A stretch of DNA of 32,000 nt from Ignicoccus islandicus DSM 13165 (GTDB taxonomy: Archaea; Thermoproteota; Thermoprotei_A; Sulfolobales; Ignicoccaceae): positions 1,110,001 through 1,142,000 of the forward strand of contig NZ_CP006867.1 in assembly GCF_001481685.1 (NCBI RefSeq). The letters run 5' to 3'. Below are positions 16,589-24,870 of the stretch, one piece after another. Numbering within the stretch: the first letter of the stretch is position 1; each line of letters starts with the position of its first letter. Made by a program: the position numbers and the translations under genes. The notes under the pieces were generated by a model. That model had not been told where the DNA came from and did no database searches. It saw nothing but the letters and a program-made list of their open reading frames with translations.

Positions 16589-17630
16589 ACTAGAAGGTTT
16601 GTTTTCAAAATACTATTCTAAAGCGAAACTTGAGCCACCGGACGATTTACCCGAGAGGGAAGTAGCTCTACAGACCTTTAGCGGAGTAATGATTAGACAC
16701 CTCGCTGTTAGATCCGTAGAGGAACTTAGAAAGATAGTAATTGAGAAGAAGGGCGCGCACTTGTTCGTTTCGACAGCGAGTTACGAGGATCCGGGAGCGC
16801 CTTCAATGGATGAAAAGGGATGGAAGCGCGCCGACTTACAATTCGATATAGACGTTGATCACTTCGAAGGTTGCAAGGGAGATTACAAAATTTGTAAAGA
16901 TGAAGTAGTTCCAGTTAACGAGGATTGCGAGGGAAAGGTAATAGGAATAGTTCCTGAGAGATGTATTGAAAGGGGGTTCGAGGAAGTTAAGAAGCTCGAG
17001 AAGGTACTTAAGAAGTACTTATCTATTGAGAATTTCGAAATTCACTTCTCAGGCAATAGAGGCTTTCACTTAATAGCGAGGGGGACCCCTTACGACTTCG
17101 AAGGCTCGGACCTAAGGAGGGAAATAGTTGATTTCGTAACCGGAAACTTGTTCGACCTAGGGAAAATATGTATCAAATCGAATTGCGTTATTCCCAAGAG
17201 CTGGGAACCTGGATGGAGGGGAAGATTGGGGGAAGCGTTAGAGCTGATGCTTCCAAGTGGATTGAAAACGTGGAGCGAGGTGGATGATCCTAAGGGAGTT
17301 CTGGAGAGGGCCTTCGAATTAGCTAAGGTGGACGTGGACGAGCAGGTCACAGTAGATACTAGTAGGCTATTGAGGGTTCCAGGGAGCCTTCACGGTAAGA
17401 GCGGTTTGCGGGTCGTCAAGGTATATAGCAACTTCTCTTACGGTCCGCATTTGAGCCCTTTTCACGGGCTTGAGACTTACGTTCAAGCGAAGTATTCAAT
17501 TGATATGAAGGTTTTCGGTGAAAGGATCGTGCTGAGCAAAGGCGAGAAGGCCTCCTTTGATGGAGCAATAGGAGTGATGCTCGCACTGAGGGGGTTAGTA
17601 GAACTCATCGATTATAGAGCCCCTACGTAA
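16548..17630 (+). CDS. priS: DNA primase small (catalytic) subunit PriS
   Basis: FSKYYSKAKLEPP, catalytic LQFDIDVDH (DxD) and FSGNRGFHL. The GTG start at 16548 overlaps PCNA by 41 nt. An alternative in-frame TTG lies at 16599. Confidence 0.9.
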   Translation: MVRLSTSSRQGYSKLEGLFSKYYSKAKLEPPDDLPEREVALQTFSGVMIRHLAVRSVEELRKIVIEKKGAHLFVSTASYEDPGAPSMDEKGWKRADLQFDIDVDHFEGCKGDYKICKDEVVPVNEDCEGKVIGIVPERCIERGFEEVKKLEKVLKKYLSIENFEIHFSGNRGFHLIARGTPYDFEGSDLRREIVDFVTGNLFDLGKICIKSNCVIPKSWEPGWRGRLGEALELMLPSGLKTWSEVDDPKGVLERAFELAKVDVDEQVTVDTSRLLRVPGSLHGKSGLRVVKVYSNFSYGPHLSPFHGLETYVQAKYSIDMKVFGERIVLSKGEKASFDGAIGVMLALRGLVELIDYRAPT

Positions 17631-17653
17631 CTAATCCGAATAGGGATTAAGGT

Positions 17654-18343
17654 TTGATTTACAAGAAGAAGATAGAAGTCGCTGAGGACTTGCTTGCTGA
17701 AGCGATGGAAGAAAACTTGAACAGGGAGGAAGTTAAGAAAAGGCTAGTTAACGCTTACAAGAGGGAGGGCATTTCGCCCTTCAGAGGACTCGCTTTACCA
17801 CCAGACATTACGGACAAAGAGATGGCGACCCTTTACGTCATAGCGAAGTATGGACTAGGTATAGAGGACGAACTAAGGGATGTATTCGAATACGAGGAGA
17901 GGCTAGAGAAGGCCGCAGAACTCTTACTCAAGGGCGACAGGGAAGGAGTTCTTAAGCTCGTTGGTGAAATAAACAGTAATACGTTATCGAGGATATTCCG
18001 CGTAGTATTCACCGCGGTCATACTAGGGTTTAAGGATGAGAAAGAGCTAATAGAGCTCTTGCATAAGGCAATGGAAGTATTTCCCGAAGAGGAAAAGACT
18101 GCAAGGAAGTACGCGAGATTCTATATAGCGTTTAGGGTAGCTGAGGGTATAGCCAAGGGCGAAATTAGGGACAAGCTGGACAAGGAAGCTCTAAAGCAAT
18201 CGCTTTCCCTTAGAATAGGCATACCGAAAGTGCTTCCCGATGATGAGTACGTTTACATTATTGCGAAAGAGGTATTCAATCTCGATGACTCAGTTCTCAA
18301 GAAAATACTTAAGATTGTTAATAAGAGGAAAGGGACTCATTAA
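17654..18343 (+). CDS. Uncharacterised, mostly alpha-helical protein downstream of PriS
   Basis: 229-aa ORF with TTG start, 23 nt after priS, same strand. Protein-like composition. I can name no motif. Confidence 0.65.
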   Translation: MIYKKKIEVAEDLLAEAMEENLNREEVKKRLVNAYKREGISPFRGLALPPDITDKEMATLYVIAKYGLGIEDELRDVFEYEERLEKAAELLLKGDREGVLKLVGEINSNTLSRIFRVVFTAVILGFKDEKELIELLHKAMEVFPEEEKTARKYARFYIAFRVAEGIAKGEIRDKLDKEALKQSLSLRIGIPKVLPDDEYVYIIAKEVFNLDDSVLKKILKIVNKRKGTH

Positions 18344-18379
18344 AAGCGCGTGTACTTACTTAGTAGCTGGGTTAGAAGA

Positions 18380-19594
18380 ATGGTACTCTACCACCTATCT
18401 CGCCTCACTGACGATTTGTACGTGTTAAGGGTTGATGACAGATACACGAAGTACTTCGAAGCCCTTTGGGAGATACCGGAAGGAATTACCTATAACGCAT
18501 ACCTCTTAAAGACGAAAGAAGGGGACGTACTCTTCGATACTTGGAAGAGGCAGTTTTCGAGCACTCTCCTAGAGGCGTTGGAGAGGGTAACCTCCCCAGA
18601 AGAGCTCAAGTACGTCGTAGTTCACCACTTAGAACCCGATCATTCTGGAAGCTTGGAAGACGTAGTAAGGTGGGCACCCAACGTAAAGGTCTTGAGTCAC
18701 CCATTAGCTGGTAGAATGATGACTGCCTTCCCGAAGGCTAAAGCGCGCTTCAAACCAGTCAAGGACGGCGAAACCCTAGAGTTAGGGGGCAAGAAAATAA
18801 GGTTCGTTCATACACCATGGCTTCACTGGCCCGAAACAATGATGAGTTGGATAGAGGACGAAGGAGTACTGCTTACGTGCGATGCGTTCGGAGGTTACGG
18901 AATACCGCTATCCCTCTACGACGATCAGTGCGTTAACGTAGAGCAAATGGTAAGAGCAGTTAGGAAGTACGTCGTTACAGTAATAGGCCACTATAGGGAA
19001 TGGATTGAAAGAAACGTTTCGAAATTAGAGAAACTTGGAATAAATCCCAAGGTCATTGCTCCCGCTCACGGCCTCATATGGAGAAAGTCCGCGGACAGAG
19101 TAATTGAAATATACAAGAACGTAGCCAATTCCGTTCCAAGGCAGAACAAGGTACTAATAGTATACGCATCAACGTATGGTACAACAGAGAAAATGGCTAG
19201 GGGAATAGAATGTTCTCTAGTCAAGAACGGTATGGAAGTAGTTACTTACGGATTTAATGACACTTCGAGGGCGCCTATTTCAGAAATCCTTACTGACGCT
19301 TCCGATGCAGAAGTAATCGTCTTCGCGACGCCGACCTACGAAGTGGAGGCTTTCCCTTACTTGAAGTTCGTGGCCCAAGAGCTCTGCTGGAAAGTGGGTA
19401 ACGGAAAGAAAGTCGTGATAATCGCGAGCTATGGATGGTCGAGCGCGGCAGTAGACGATCTGAAGAAGACGTTAGAGGGTTGCGGGTATAAATCAGTTTC
19501 CGAAGTGAAACACAATGCTATAGGTCCAACCGCGATAAATGATGAAGCCGTCGAGGAAATAGCTAAGAAGGTTCTGGAAGCTATATCGAAGTAA
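18380..19594 (+). CDS. fprA: Flavodiiron protein (FprA-type; MBL-like diiron domain + flavodoxin domain)
   Basis: HHLEPDHSGS (H-x-E-x-D-H diiron motif) and a C-terminal flavodoxin VLIVYASTYGTTEKMA. I prefer the ATG at 18380 over the track GTG at 18350. Confidence 0.9.
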   Translation: MVLYHLSRLTDDLYVLRVDDRYTKYFEALWEIPEGITYNAYLLKTKEGDVLFDTWKRQFSSTLLEALERVTSPEELKYVVVHHLEPDHSGSLEDVVRWAPNVKVLSHPLAGRMMTAFPKAKARFKPVKDGETLELGGKKIRFVHTPWLHWPETMMSWIEDEGVLLTCDAFGGYGIPLSLYDDQCVNVEQMVRAVRKYVVTVIGHYREWIERNVSKLEKLGINPKVIAPAHGLIWRKSADRVIEIYKNVANSVPRQNKVLIVYASTYGTTEKMARGIECSLVKNGMEVVTYGFNDTSRAPISEILTDASDAEVIVFATPTYEVEAFPYLKFVAQELCWKVGNGKKVVIIASYGWSSAAVDDLKKTLEGCGYKSVSEVKHNAIGPTAINDEAVEEIAKKVLEAISK

Positions 19595-19644
19595 AAGCAA
19601 TTCCCTTTTGAATTGTAGCTAGCGATATACAATGGAGCTATACT

Positions 19645-20652
19645 TTGAGGGGAAGGGTCCTAGTAGCTGGAATAGGCGGAGGAGGAGACGTAGGATCTGC
19701 CCATTGCGTTGCAACCTATCTAAGGGAATTGGGATATCGCGTTTTCTTAGCCTCCGTGGTATGGGAAAGAATGGTACGCGATCCAGTTCCGGGACCGATT
19801 TCACCAAAGGAAGTACAGGGAGCGGAGCAGTACAATTGGATAGCTGTAGTTAGAGGCGGTGAATTCTCTTTAAGGGAAGGAAAGAAGGTCGAACCGGAAG
19901 CAGCGTTGCTAGCCAAAGCTACGGGCGAAAGCGTAATACTATTGGACTTGACGGGAGGATACTACTCTCTATACCAAAGTTTCCTTGAGGCGATTGAATT
20001 AACTGGGAGCGATATAGTAATAGGCGTGGATGCTGGTGGAGACGTTCTAGCTATGCCGGGCGATGACGACGTCTGGAGTCCCCTCACGGATTCGATAGCT
20101 CTAGCCGTATTACAGGATTTGGAAACGTCGCAACTCGCCGTAGTGGGACCTGGATGCGATGGGGAGATGCCCACTGAGAAGGTTCTAAGGAGAATATCTA
20201 TGGTCTGGAAGAACGGAGGAAACTTGGGCGGCTTCGTTATATCAAGGAACCTAAAAGAGGTTTGCGAAAGGGCTATGAAATTCATGAAAACTGAGGCGTC
20301 GCGAGTGGTGCTTCGAGCCGCTTCCGGAGAGTTCGGGGAAGTGGAAATTAGGAGGGGCTCGCGAAAGCTACTCCTAAGCCCCGTCTTGGCCACGACGTTC
20401 TTCTTAGACCCTAAAAAGGTTCAAAGCCCATTGGCTAACGCAGTCAGGGGGACAAAGAGTATAGAAGAAGCTAGCGCTAAAATGTTAGAAAATTGTAGCG
20501 TCTCTGAACTTGAACTTGAGAAAATACTCAAGAAGTTAGGTGAACCAACTAAAGAGAACTTGGAGAAGGCCAGAGAAACGTTATTGAAGATGAGGAGGTG
20601 TTCAGATGCAAGTAATTTACAACGCGAAGAGATGGAACGTTTTAAGGACTAA
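19645..20652 (+). CDS. DUF1152-like conserved protein of unknown function
   Basis: 335 aa. N-terminal VLVAGIGGGGDVGSA and an internal VIGVDAGGDVLA. From memory these resemble the archaeal DUF1152 family. TTG start. Confidence 0.7.
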   Translation: MRGRVLVAGIGGGGDVGSAHCVATYLRELGYRVFLASVVWERMVRDPVPGPISPKEVQGAEQYNWIAVVRGGEFSLREGKKVEPEAALLAKATGESVILLDLTGGYYSLYQSFLEAIELTGSDIVIGVDAGGDVLAMPGDDDVWSPLTDSIALAVLQDLETSQLAVVGPGCDGEMPTEKVLRRISMVWKNGGNLGGFVISRNLKEVCERAMKFMKTEASRVVLRAASGEFGEVEIRRGSRKLLLSPVLATTFFLDPKKVQSPLANAVRGTKSIEEASAKMLENCSVSELELEKILKKLGEPTKENLEKARETLLKMRRCSDASNLQREEMERFKD

Positions 20653-21268
20653 GAGGGAAAAGGCCATTAATGTAATGGAAAAACTAGCTGACTTACATCC
20701 AATTGTACACGGCTCAGTTGCTAGAGGGGACGTTAGGGAAGACAGCGACGTGGACATCGCTATCCTGAGACCCGTTCCGCCTTATATGGTAGAACTCAGG
20801 CTGCATTTCTCACATGGCTACATCGTTCAAGCGACTCCCTTCAGCACACCCAAGGCTTACCTAGCCCTAGACGAAAGGGAAGAGGTGGTGATCTCCTTCC
20901 CGTTAGCTCCCCTTTCGAGGTCCGAAATAGAGTTCTATGCGTTCGGTGGTCAGCTGGATCTGGAGGGGCTTAAGAAGGGTTTAAGGGTTCCGGGAATAGA
21001 CAAGTCCCTTCATTTGATCGTACCGACAGATCAGGGACACTGGGAGGAACCGGTAATAGGTATGGAAGGAGAGGCAGCAAAGTTGTTGGGAATATCCATT
21101 CTAACTATTAAAGAGAGAATCGCCCTACTGACTAGAAGAAGGGAAAGAGGTCATACGGGAGTTTTCGTTAAGTTCAAGTTCCAGGGAAGCGTTGAGGAGG
21201 CTTTATACGAAATGGCTCGGAAAAATAAGTTATTTAGAAAGAAGTTAGAGAATGCTGGAATGTTATGA
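20606..21268 (+). CDS. Pol-beta-superfamily nucleotidyltransferase with C-terminal HTH-like segment
   Basis: HGSVARGDVREDSDVDIAI matches the minimal nucleotidyltransferase motif G-S-x-x-R-G...D-x-D. AAKLLGISILTIKERI looks HTH-like. ATG 20606 overlaps the upstream gene by 47 nt. An alternative ATG lies at 20675. Confidence 0.8.
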   Translation: MQVIYNAKRWNVLRTKREKAINVMEKLADLHPIVHGSVARGDVREDSDVDIAILRPVPPYMVELRLHFSHGYIVQATPFSTPKAYLALDEREEVVISFPLAPLSRSEIEFYAFGGQLDLEGLKKGLRVPGIDKSLHLIVPTDQGHWEEPVIGMEGEAAKLLGISILTIKERIALLTRRRERGHTGVFVKFKFQGSVEEALYEMARKNKLFRKKLENAGML

Positions 21269-21949
21269 AGACCTCTTACCGCTGCTTATTAATGCGAATA
21301 TCGAAACGAAGAGCGATATTAGGGAGGTCATTAGGGACGCTAGTACCATATAGAGTAATATCGTATTAGAACCATTTGAAGTGAAGGTGTTCTGATTAAT
21401 TATCTTCTCCGGAGGAACGCCGTAGGGCAACGCAGAGAATATTTTTACGCCGTACATGTCGCCATTGGGCGAAGCATCGCCGTTAGCTACTATGCTAGCA
21501 ACCCTGAAACCTACTACCACTGGCTTCTCGGGAGCTTTCCAACTCACTTCCCACGCCCTAGACCTCACGAGGGAGCCCTTTTCCGTGTGGGTTACGTATT
21601 CAACCATACCCCCTAGACCTAGATCGAAGACGCTGGTGAGGAACGTATGTTCGTGATCGACTACCTTTACTTTCCCTGCTGATGCGCTGAATGCGAAGCC
21701 GCCGCAGTGAACCATAGCTTCGGTACAATTAGGTACGTTAACAATCTTTATCTTCAACTTATAGAACTTACCCGGTTCGTAATAGTACTTACCGTCCTTC
21801 TCAATTAGACCTTCGACCACTATGTTGTTGGAAGACAACGGCTTCGCGTCCATGTGACATTGACTACATTCGAGGGCTGGCGCACCGTTGCTCATTGCGA
21901 ACGCGAGGGACGGAATTAAAATTAGGACCAACACTGCTTTCCAATTCAT
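21263..21949 (-). CDS. Secreted, C-terminally anchored protein with a single CxxCH motif
   Basis: Signal peptide MNWKAVLVLILIPSLAFA. ECSQCHMD follows immediately. The body is beta-rich (GGFAFSA..., WEVSWKAP..., VANGDASPNGD). The C-terminal TM segment is followed by GKRSS. Confidence 0.7.
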   Translation of the reverse strand: MNWKAVLVLILIPSLAFAMSNGAPALECSQCHMDAKPLSSNNIVVEGLIEKDGKYYYEPGKFYKLKIKIVNVPNCTEAMVHCGGFAFSASAGKVKVVDHEHTFLTSVFDLGLGGMVEYVTHTEKGSLVRSRAWEVSWKAPEKPVVVGFRVASIVANGDASPNGDMYGVKIFSALPYGVPPEKIINQNTFTSNGSNTILLYMVLASLMTSLISLFVSIFALISSGKRSS

Positions 21950-22077
21950 GGGTCTTCGCGTTTAATTGGTTCCGGTAAGCAATATTAAAAGTACGGAGTT
22001 TTATTGACACCGGAGATTTCCAAAAATAGCAGTAAATTAAGTTTCTCGAACACAGTTTTAAGGGGTTCGCGTAGTAT

Positions 22078-22087
22078 CCTATAAAGG
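22078..22087 (+). promoter_or_regulatory. Candidate TATA box for the ParA/MinD-like gene (leaderless)
   Basis: cctataaagg lies about 24 nt upstream of ATG 22106. Confidence 0.5.
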
Positions 22088-22105
22088 ACACGGAGAGTGA
22101 ACCCG

Positions 22106-22966
22106 ATGAAACTGATGGTACAATTATCGCCGTGTGGTGGTAGTGGTAGACACTTAATCGCTTACGAAACGGCAGTGCACTTAGCTATGAGGAGAGGTGG
22201 AGGGAAGTACTTAATCATGGACATATCGTCCAACGCTGTCTCTCCCCTCGATATAAGGGGCTGTTACTTGGGTTACTTAATGGGAAGGTACCACCCTTCC
22301 GAAGCGATAGTGAAAATACCTCGACACGACAACTTCTACTACACTCGATTCATTACTCCCACTTGCATCAAGGACTTGAACTACAACCTCGGTTTAGTGA
22401 ACTCCAGACTTGAAGAAATAATTAGCAAGATGGCAATAGAAATAAAAGATCTTATAAAGAGAAATTACACGGTTATCATTACGGCCTCTTACGACATTTT
22501 AACCATGAATCTAATAGAGGAGTTGATGAGGGGTCCGCTCTCATTCATTATGGACAGCGAACCCGTACTGATATCTAACGAAAACATAGTATGTATAAAG
22601 GAAAGCATCAGATTAATGGAAGAATTAAACCTTAGGAGTAAGAACTTAATAGTCAACAAAGTGCCAGCTGCTGAAATCATGAGGTTGAGGGACGAAGTAA
22701 TTTCCTTGAACGGCCTCAACTTAGCTGTCCTAATACCGCTATCCAGGCAGCTCTACTTCAGGCACTTCGCGCACTACATGAGCGTTGCAATAAAGGCTAA
22801 TACTAACCCACATGCTAGAACAATATCTCATTTATTTGACAAAATACTAAGGATACTGGAGGGCACGGAGGAGGGCGGAAAGGTATTAGCGCTCATAGGT
22901 GGTTTGATAAATGAAACAGATCTAATACCGAGCGTCAACGAAGGTGCGAAAATAAAAATATTTTAG
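22106..22966 (+). CDS. ParA/MinD-like (SIMIBI-like) protein with a degenerate P-loop
   Basis: By-eye architecture: beta1 KLMVQLSP plus CGGSGRH where KGGxGK[ST] is expected. YLIMDISSN resembles xLLIDxD. VIITASYD sits at the Walker-B position. NLIVNKV resembles the GxVxNR strand. I chose ATG 22106 because of the TATA spacing; the track GTG is at 22097. Confidence 0.6.
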   Translation: MKLMVQLSPCGGSGRHLIAYETAVHLAMRRGGGKYLIMDISSNAVSPLDIRGCYLGYLMGRYHPSEAIVKIPRHDNFYYTRFITPTCIKDLNYNLGLVNSRLEEIISKMAIEIKDLIKRNYTVIITASYDILTMNLIEELMRGPLSFIMDSEPVLISNENIVCIKESIRLMEELNLRSKNLIVNKVPAAEIMRLRDEVISLNGLNLAVLIPLSRQLYFRHFAHYMSVAIKANTNPHARTISHLFDKILRILEGTEEGGKVLALIGGLINETDLIPSVNEGAKIKIF

Positions 22967-23970
22967 GAGAGTAGCTCTCTGACTGCTCTCTCATATACTT
23001 CTATTGCATGTTTAATCTCTTCTAAGCTCATTACTTCGCCGTCAGTATGACTTAGCTCGCTCTTTCCGGGACCGTAAGCTGCAATGCTCTCCGAGACTTC
23101 GGCCAACACGTTCATATCGCTGGTACCTCTCTTTTTAGCGTACCTAGCTCTCTTACCGCTCTTCAGTATTGCCCTCGCCAAGGCCCTCGGTACCGGGGAA
23201 GAAGGCTTAACTTCCGCCGGAGGTAAGCCATCGACTAATTCAACATCACAAGGCTCAAAGGCTTTCAGTATGGACTCTAGTTCAACGCCCTTTGGGTACC
23301 TCACATCGAATTGAGCTACAACTTCCTTCGGCAAAACGTTGAAGGCGTTCTTAGAAACGATGGTTGTTAAGGAAACGGTGGCTGGTTGGAGGTTCTCTTT
23401 CGCCTTTAAGTACAATTCTATTAGCTTATCCACCGCACTTTCCCCGACTTCTGGAGAGGAAGCGTGGCCTCCCTTGGCCTTACACTCCACTTTGAGCCAA
23501 GCATAGCCTCTGTAACCTATTATCACGTTAGTGTTGTTCGATGGTTCTCCGATGATTACGTATCTAGCCTTCGGCCCGTTTTCCTTTAAGTACTTGGCGC
23601 CGTAGCTATCTGTCTCTTCCCTAACCATTGCACCCAGCAAAATCGGTCCTTCGCCTATCTTAGCTAATGCCCATATCATCGCGTTTAGAGGGCCCTTCGC
23701 GTCCACCGCACCTCTACCATAGACCTTGTCCCCAACTATCTTAGGCTGGGGGAAACCCGGTACTGTATCCATGTGAGAGATCAATGCGACTTCGTATTGA
23801 GGTTTCTTCGAGGGAGATGCAAGTACGTTGCCAGCCCCATCTTCCCAAACTTCTACCGTGCCGCCCGTTACTTCCTCTATAACTTCCTTGAGCGTCTCCC
23901 TAACTTCCTCCTCGTTACCGCTTGGAGAGTAAACCGAAACTAGTTTAAATAGGGTCTGTAGTTCCTTCAT
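22963..23970 (-). CDS. M20-family deacylase (LysK/ArgE-type: [LysW]-lysine/ornithine hydrolase or acetylornithine deacetylase)
   Basis: SHMDTV, GRGAVDAKG, REETDS, IGEPS and GGHAS form the M20 metal-ligand pattern. 335 aa. Confidence 0.88.
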   Translation of the reverse strand: MKELQTLFKLVSVYSPSGNEEEVRETLKEVIEEVTGGTVEVWEDGAGNVLASPSKKPQYEVALISHMDTVPGFPQPKIVGDKVYGRGAVDAKGPLNAMIWALAKIGEGPILLGAMVREETDSYGAKYLKENGPKARYVIIGEPSNNTNVIIGYRGYAWLKVECKAKGGHASSPEVGESAVDKLIELYLKAKENLQPATVSLTTIVSKNAFNVLPKEVVAQFDVRYPKGVELESILKAFEPCDVELVDGLPPAEVKPSSPVPRALARAILKSGKRARYAKKRGTSDMNVLAEVSESIAAYGPGKSELSHTDGEVMSLEEIKHAIEVYERAVRELLS

Positions 23971-24042
23971 CGTTTTACCTAGGGGTTCATTCCGTATCGG
24001 ATTAAAGAGTGAACGAGAAATTTTAGGAGGAAGGAGAGCGAT

Positions 24043-24597
24043 TTGAAAGCAGTCTCCAGCTTAGTATCGGAATTACTCTTGCTAGTAATAACGGTGTTCC
24101 TAGCGGTAACAATCTACGGTTGGACTGCCAAGTTACTAACCATGCTCTCCGCGAATCCGCTTCCGCCAATACCCGAAGTTACTGATGCGTACCTCTTCAC
24201 AGTGACCAGTAACGGAAGGAGCGCCTTGTTCCTAACTCTCAGAGTGCCTAATGCGATTGAAATAAATGGCGTTTACGTATATGCCGGCGGAAACTTGATC
24301 TGTAGTTCGAGCGAATTCCTATTGAGCGCTGACGATCCGAAGGCCAATGAATTCGGATGCAAGGCTCTGAGAGTGGCCGGTTATTACGGTTCGGTGAAGG
24401 GTCTAGACGATGAAGATTCCCGATATCCCGGTCTAATCCTCTTCTCAAGCGGTTGTCAGAGACCTGCCGTAGACGAAGCCAGCTCCTCGCAAGTAGGAAC
24501 TGAGTGGTTCTATCTGGATGGCCCAGGCGGGTACGCTGATAAGTGGACTACCGTAATAGCCGCAGTTCCGCAAGCGTACGAAGTCGGGGGGAAATAA
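24043..24597 (+). CDS. Archaeal type IV pilin-like protein (class III signal peptide, DUF361-type N-terminus)
   Basis: MKA|VSSLVSELLLLVITVFLAVTIYGW matches the archaeal prepilin pattern (K-A/G cleavage site plus a hydrophobic helix like ISPVIATVLLIAITV). TTG start. The ORF ends just after a G6 run (see findings). Confidence 0.7.
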   Translation: MKAVSSLVSELLLLVITVFLAVTIYGWTAKLLTMLSANPLPPIPEVTDAYLFTVTSNGRSALFLTLRVPNAIEINGVYVYAGGNLICSSSEFLLSADDPKANEFGCKALRVAGYYGSVKGLDDEDSRYPGLILFSSGCQRPAVDEASSSQVGTEWFYLDGPGGYADKWTTVIAAVPQAYEVGGK

Positions 24598-24649
24598 AGT
24601 AGAGACGTCGTTCAGTGCCTCCAACACCACTGTAATCTTTCAGAGCTAC

Positions 24650-24847
24650 TTGGGAGTGGAAAGGAAGGCCTTTTACTCCAATGCGGGATGGGTATATATA
24701 CCGGCTTTCAAGAGTGTCAGAGTGGAAAGGGGTACGTATACGATAATTGTCTGGTGTCCTAGCACGAACTTCGAAGACTTCTCTGCGGTAAAGGTCTCAG
24801 TAGTGACTGATATATACGTTGTTACTAGGGAGGTGAACTTGAGCTGA
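24650..24847 (+). CDS. Small beta-rich ORF, possibly the frameshifted C-terminal part of the pilin-like gene
   Basis: 65 aa from a TTG start. The same frame is open back to 24560 and joins the upstream ORF if one G of the 24586-24591 run is removed. Confidence 0.3.
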   Translation: MGVERKAFYSNAGWVYIPAFKSVRVERGTYTIIVWCPSTNFEDFSAVKVSVVTDIYVVTREVNLS

Positions 24848-24870
24848 GTTACGAAATAGACTGGAAGTTA

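Noticed and set aside
8652-23970. The RimK-type ligase (8652-9464) and the LysK/ArgE-type hydrolase (22963-23970) as parts of a LysW-dependent lysine/arginine biosynthesis cluster
   Set aside because: The two genes are 13 kb apart with unrelated genes between them. No lysW, lysY, lysZ or lysJ genes are present, and the ligase cannot be assigned to LysX by eye.
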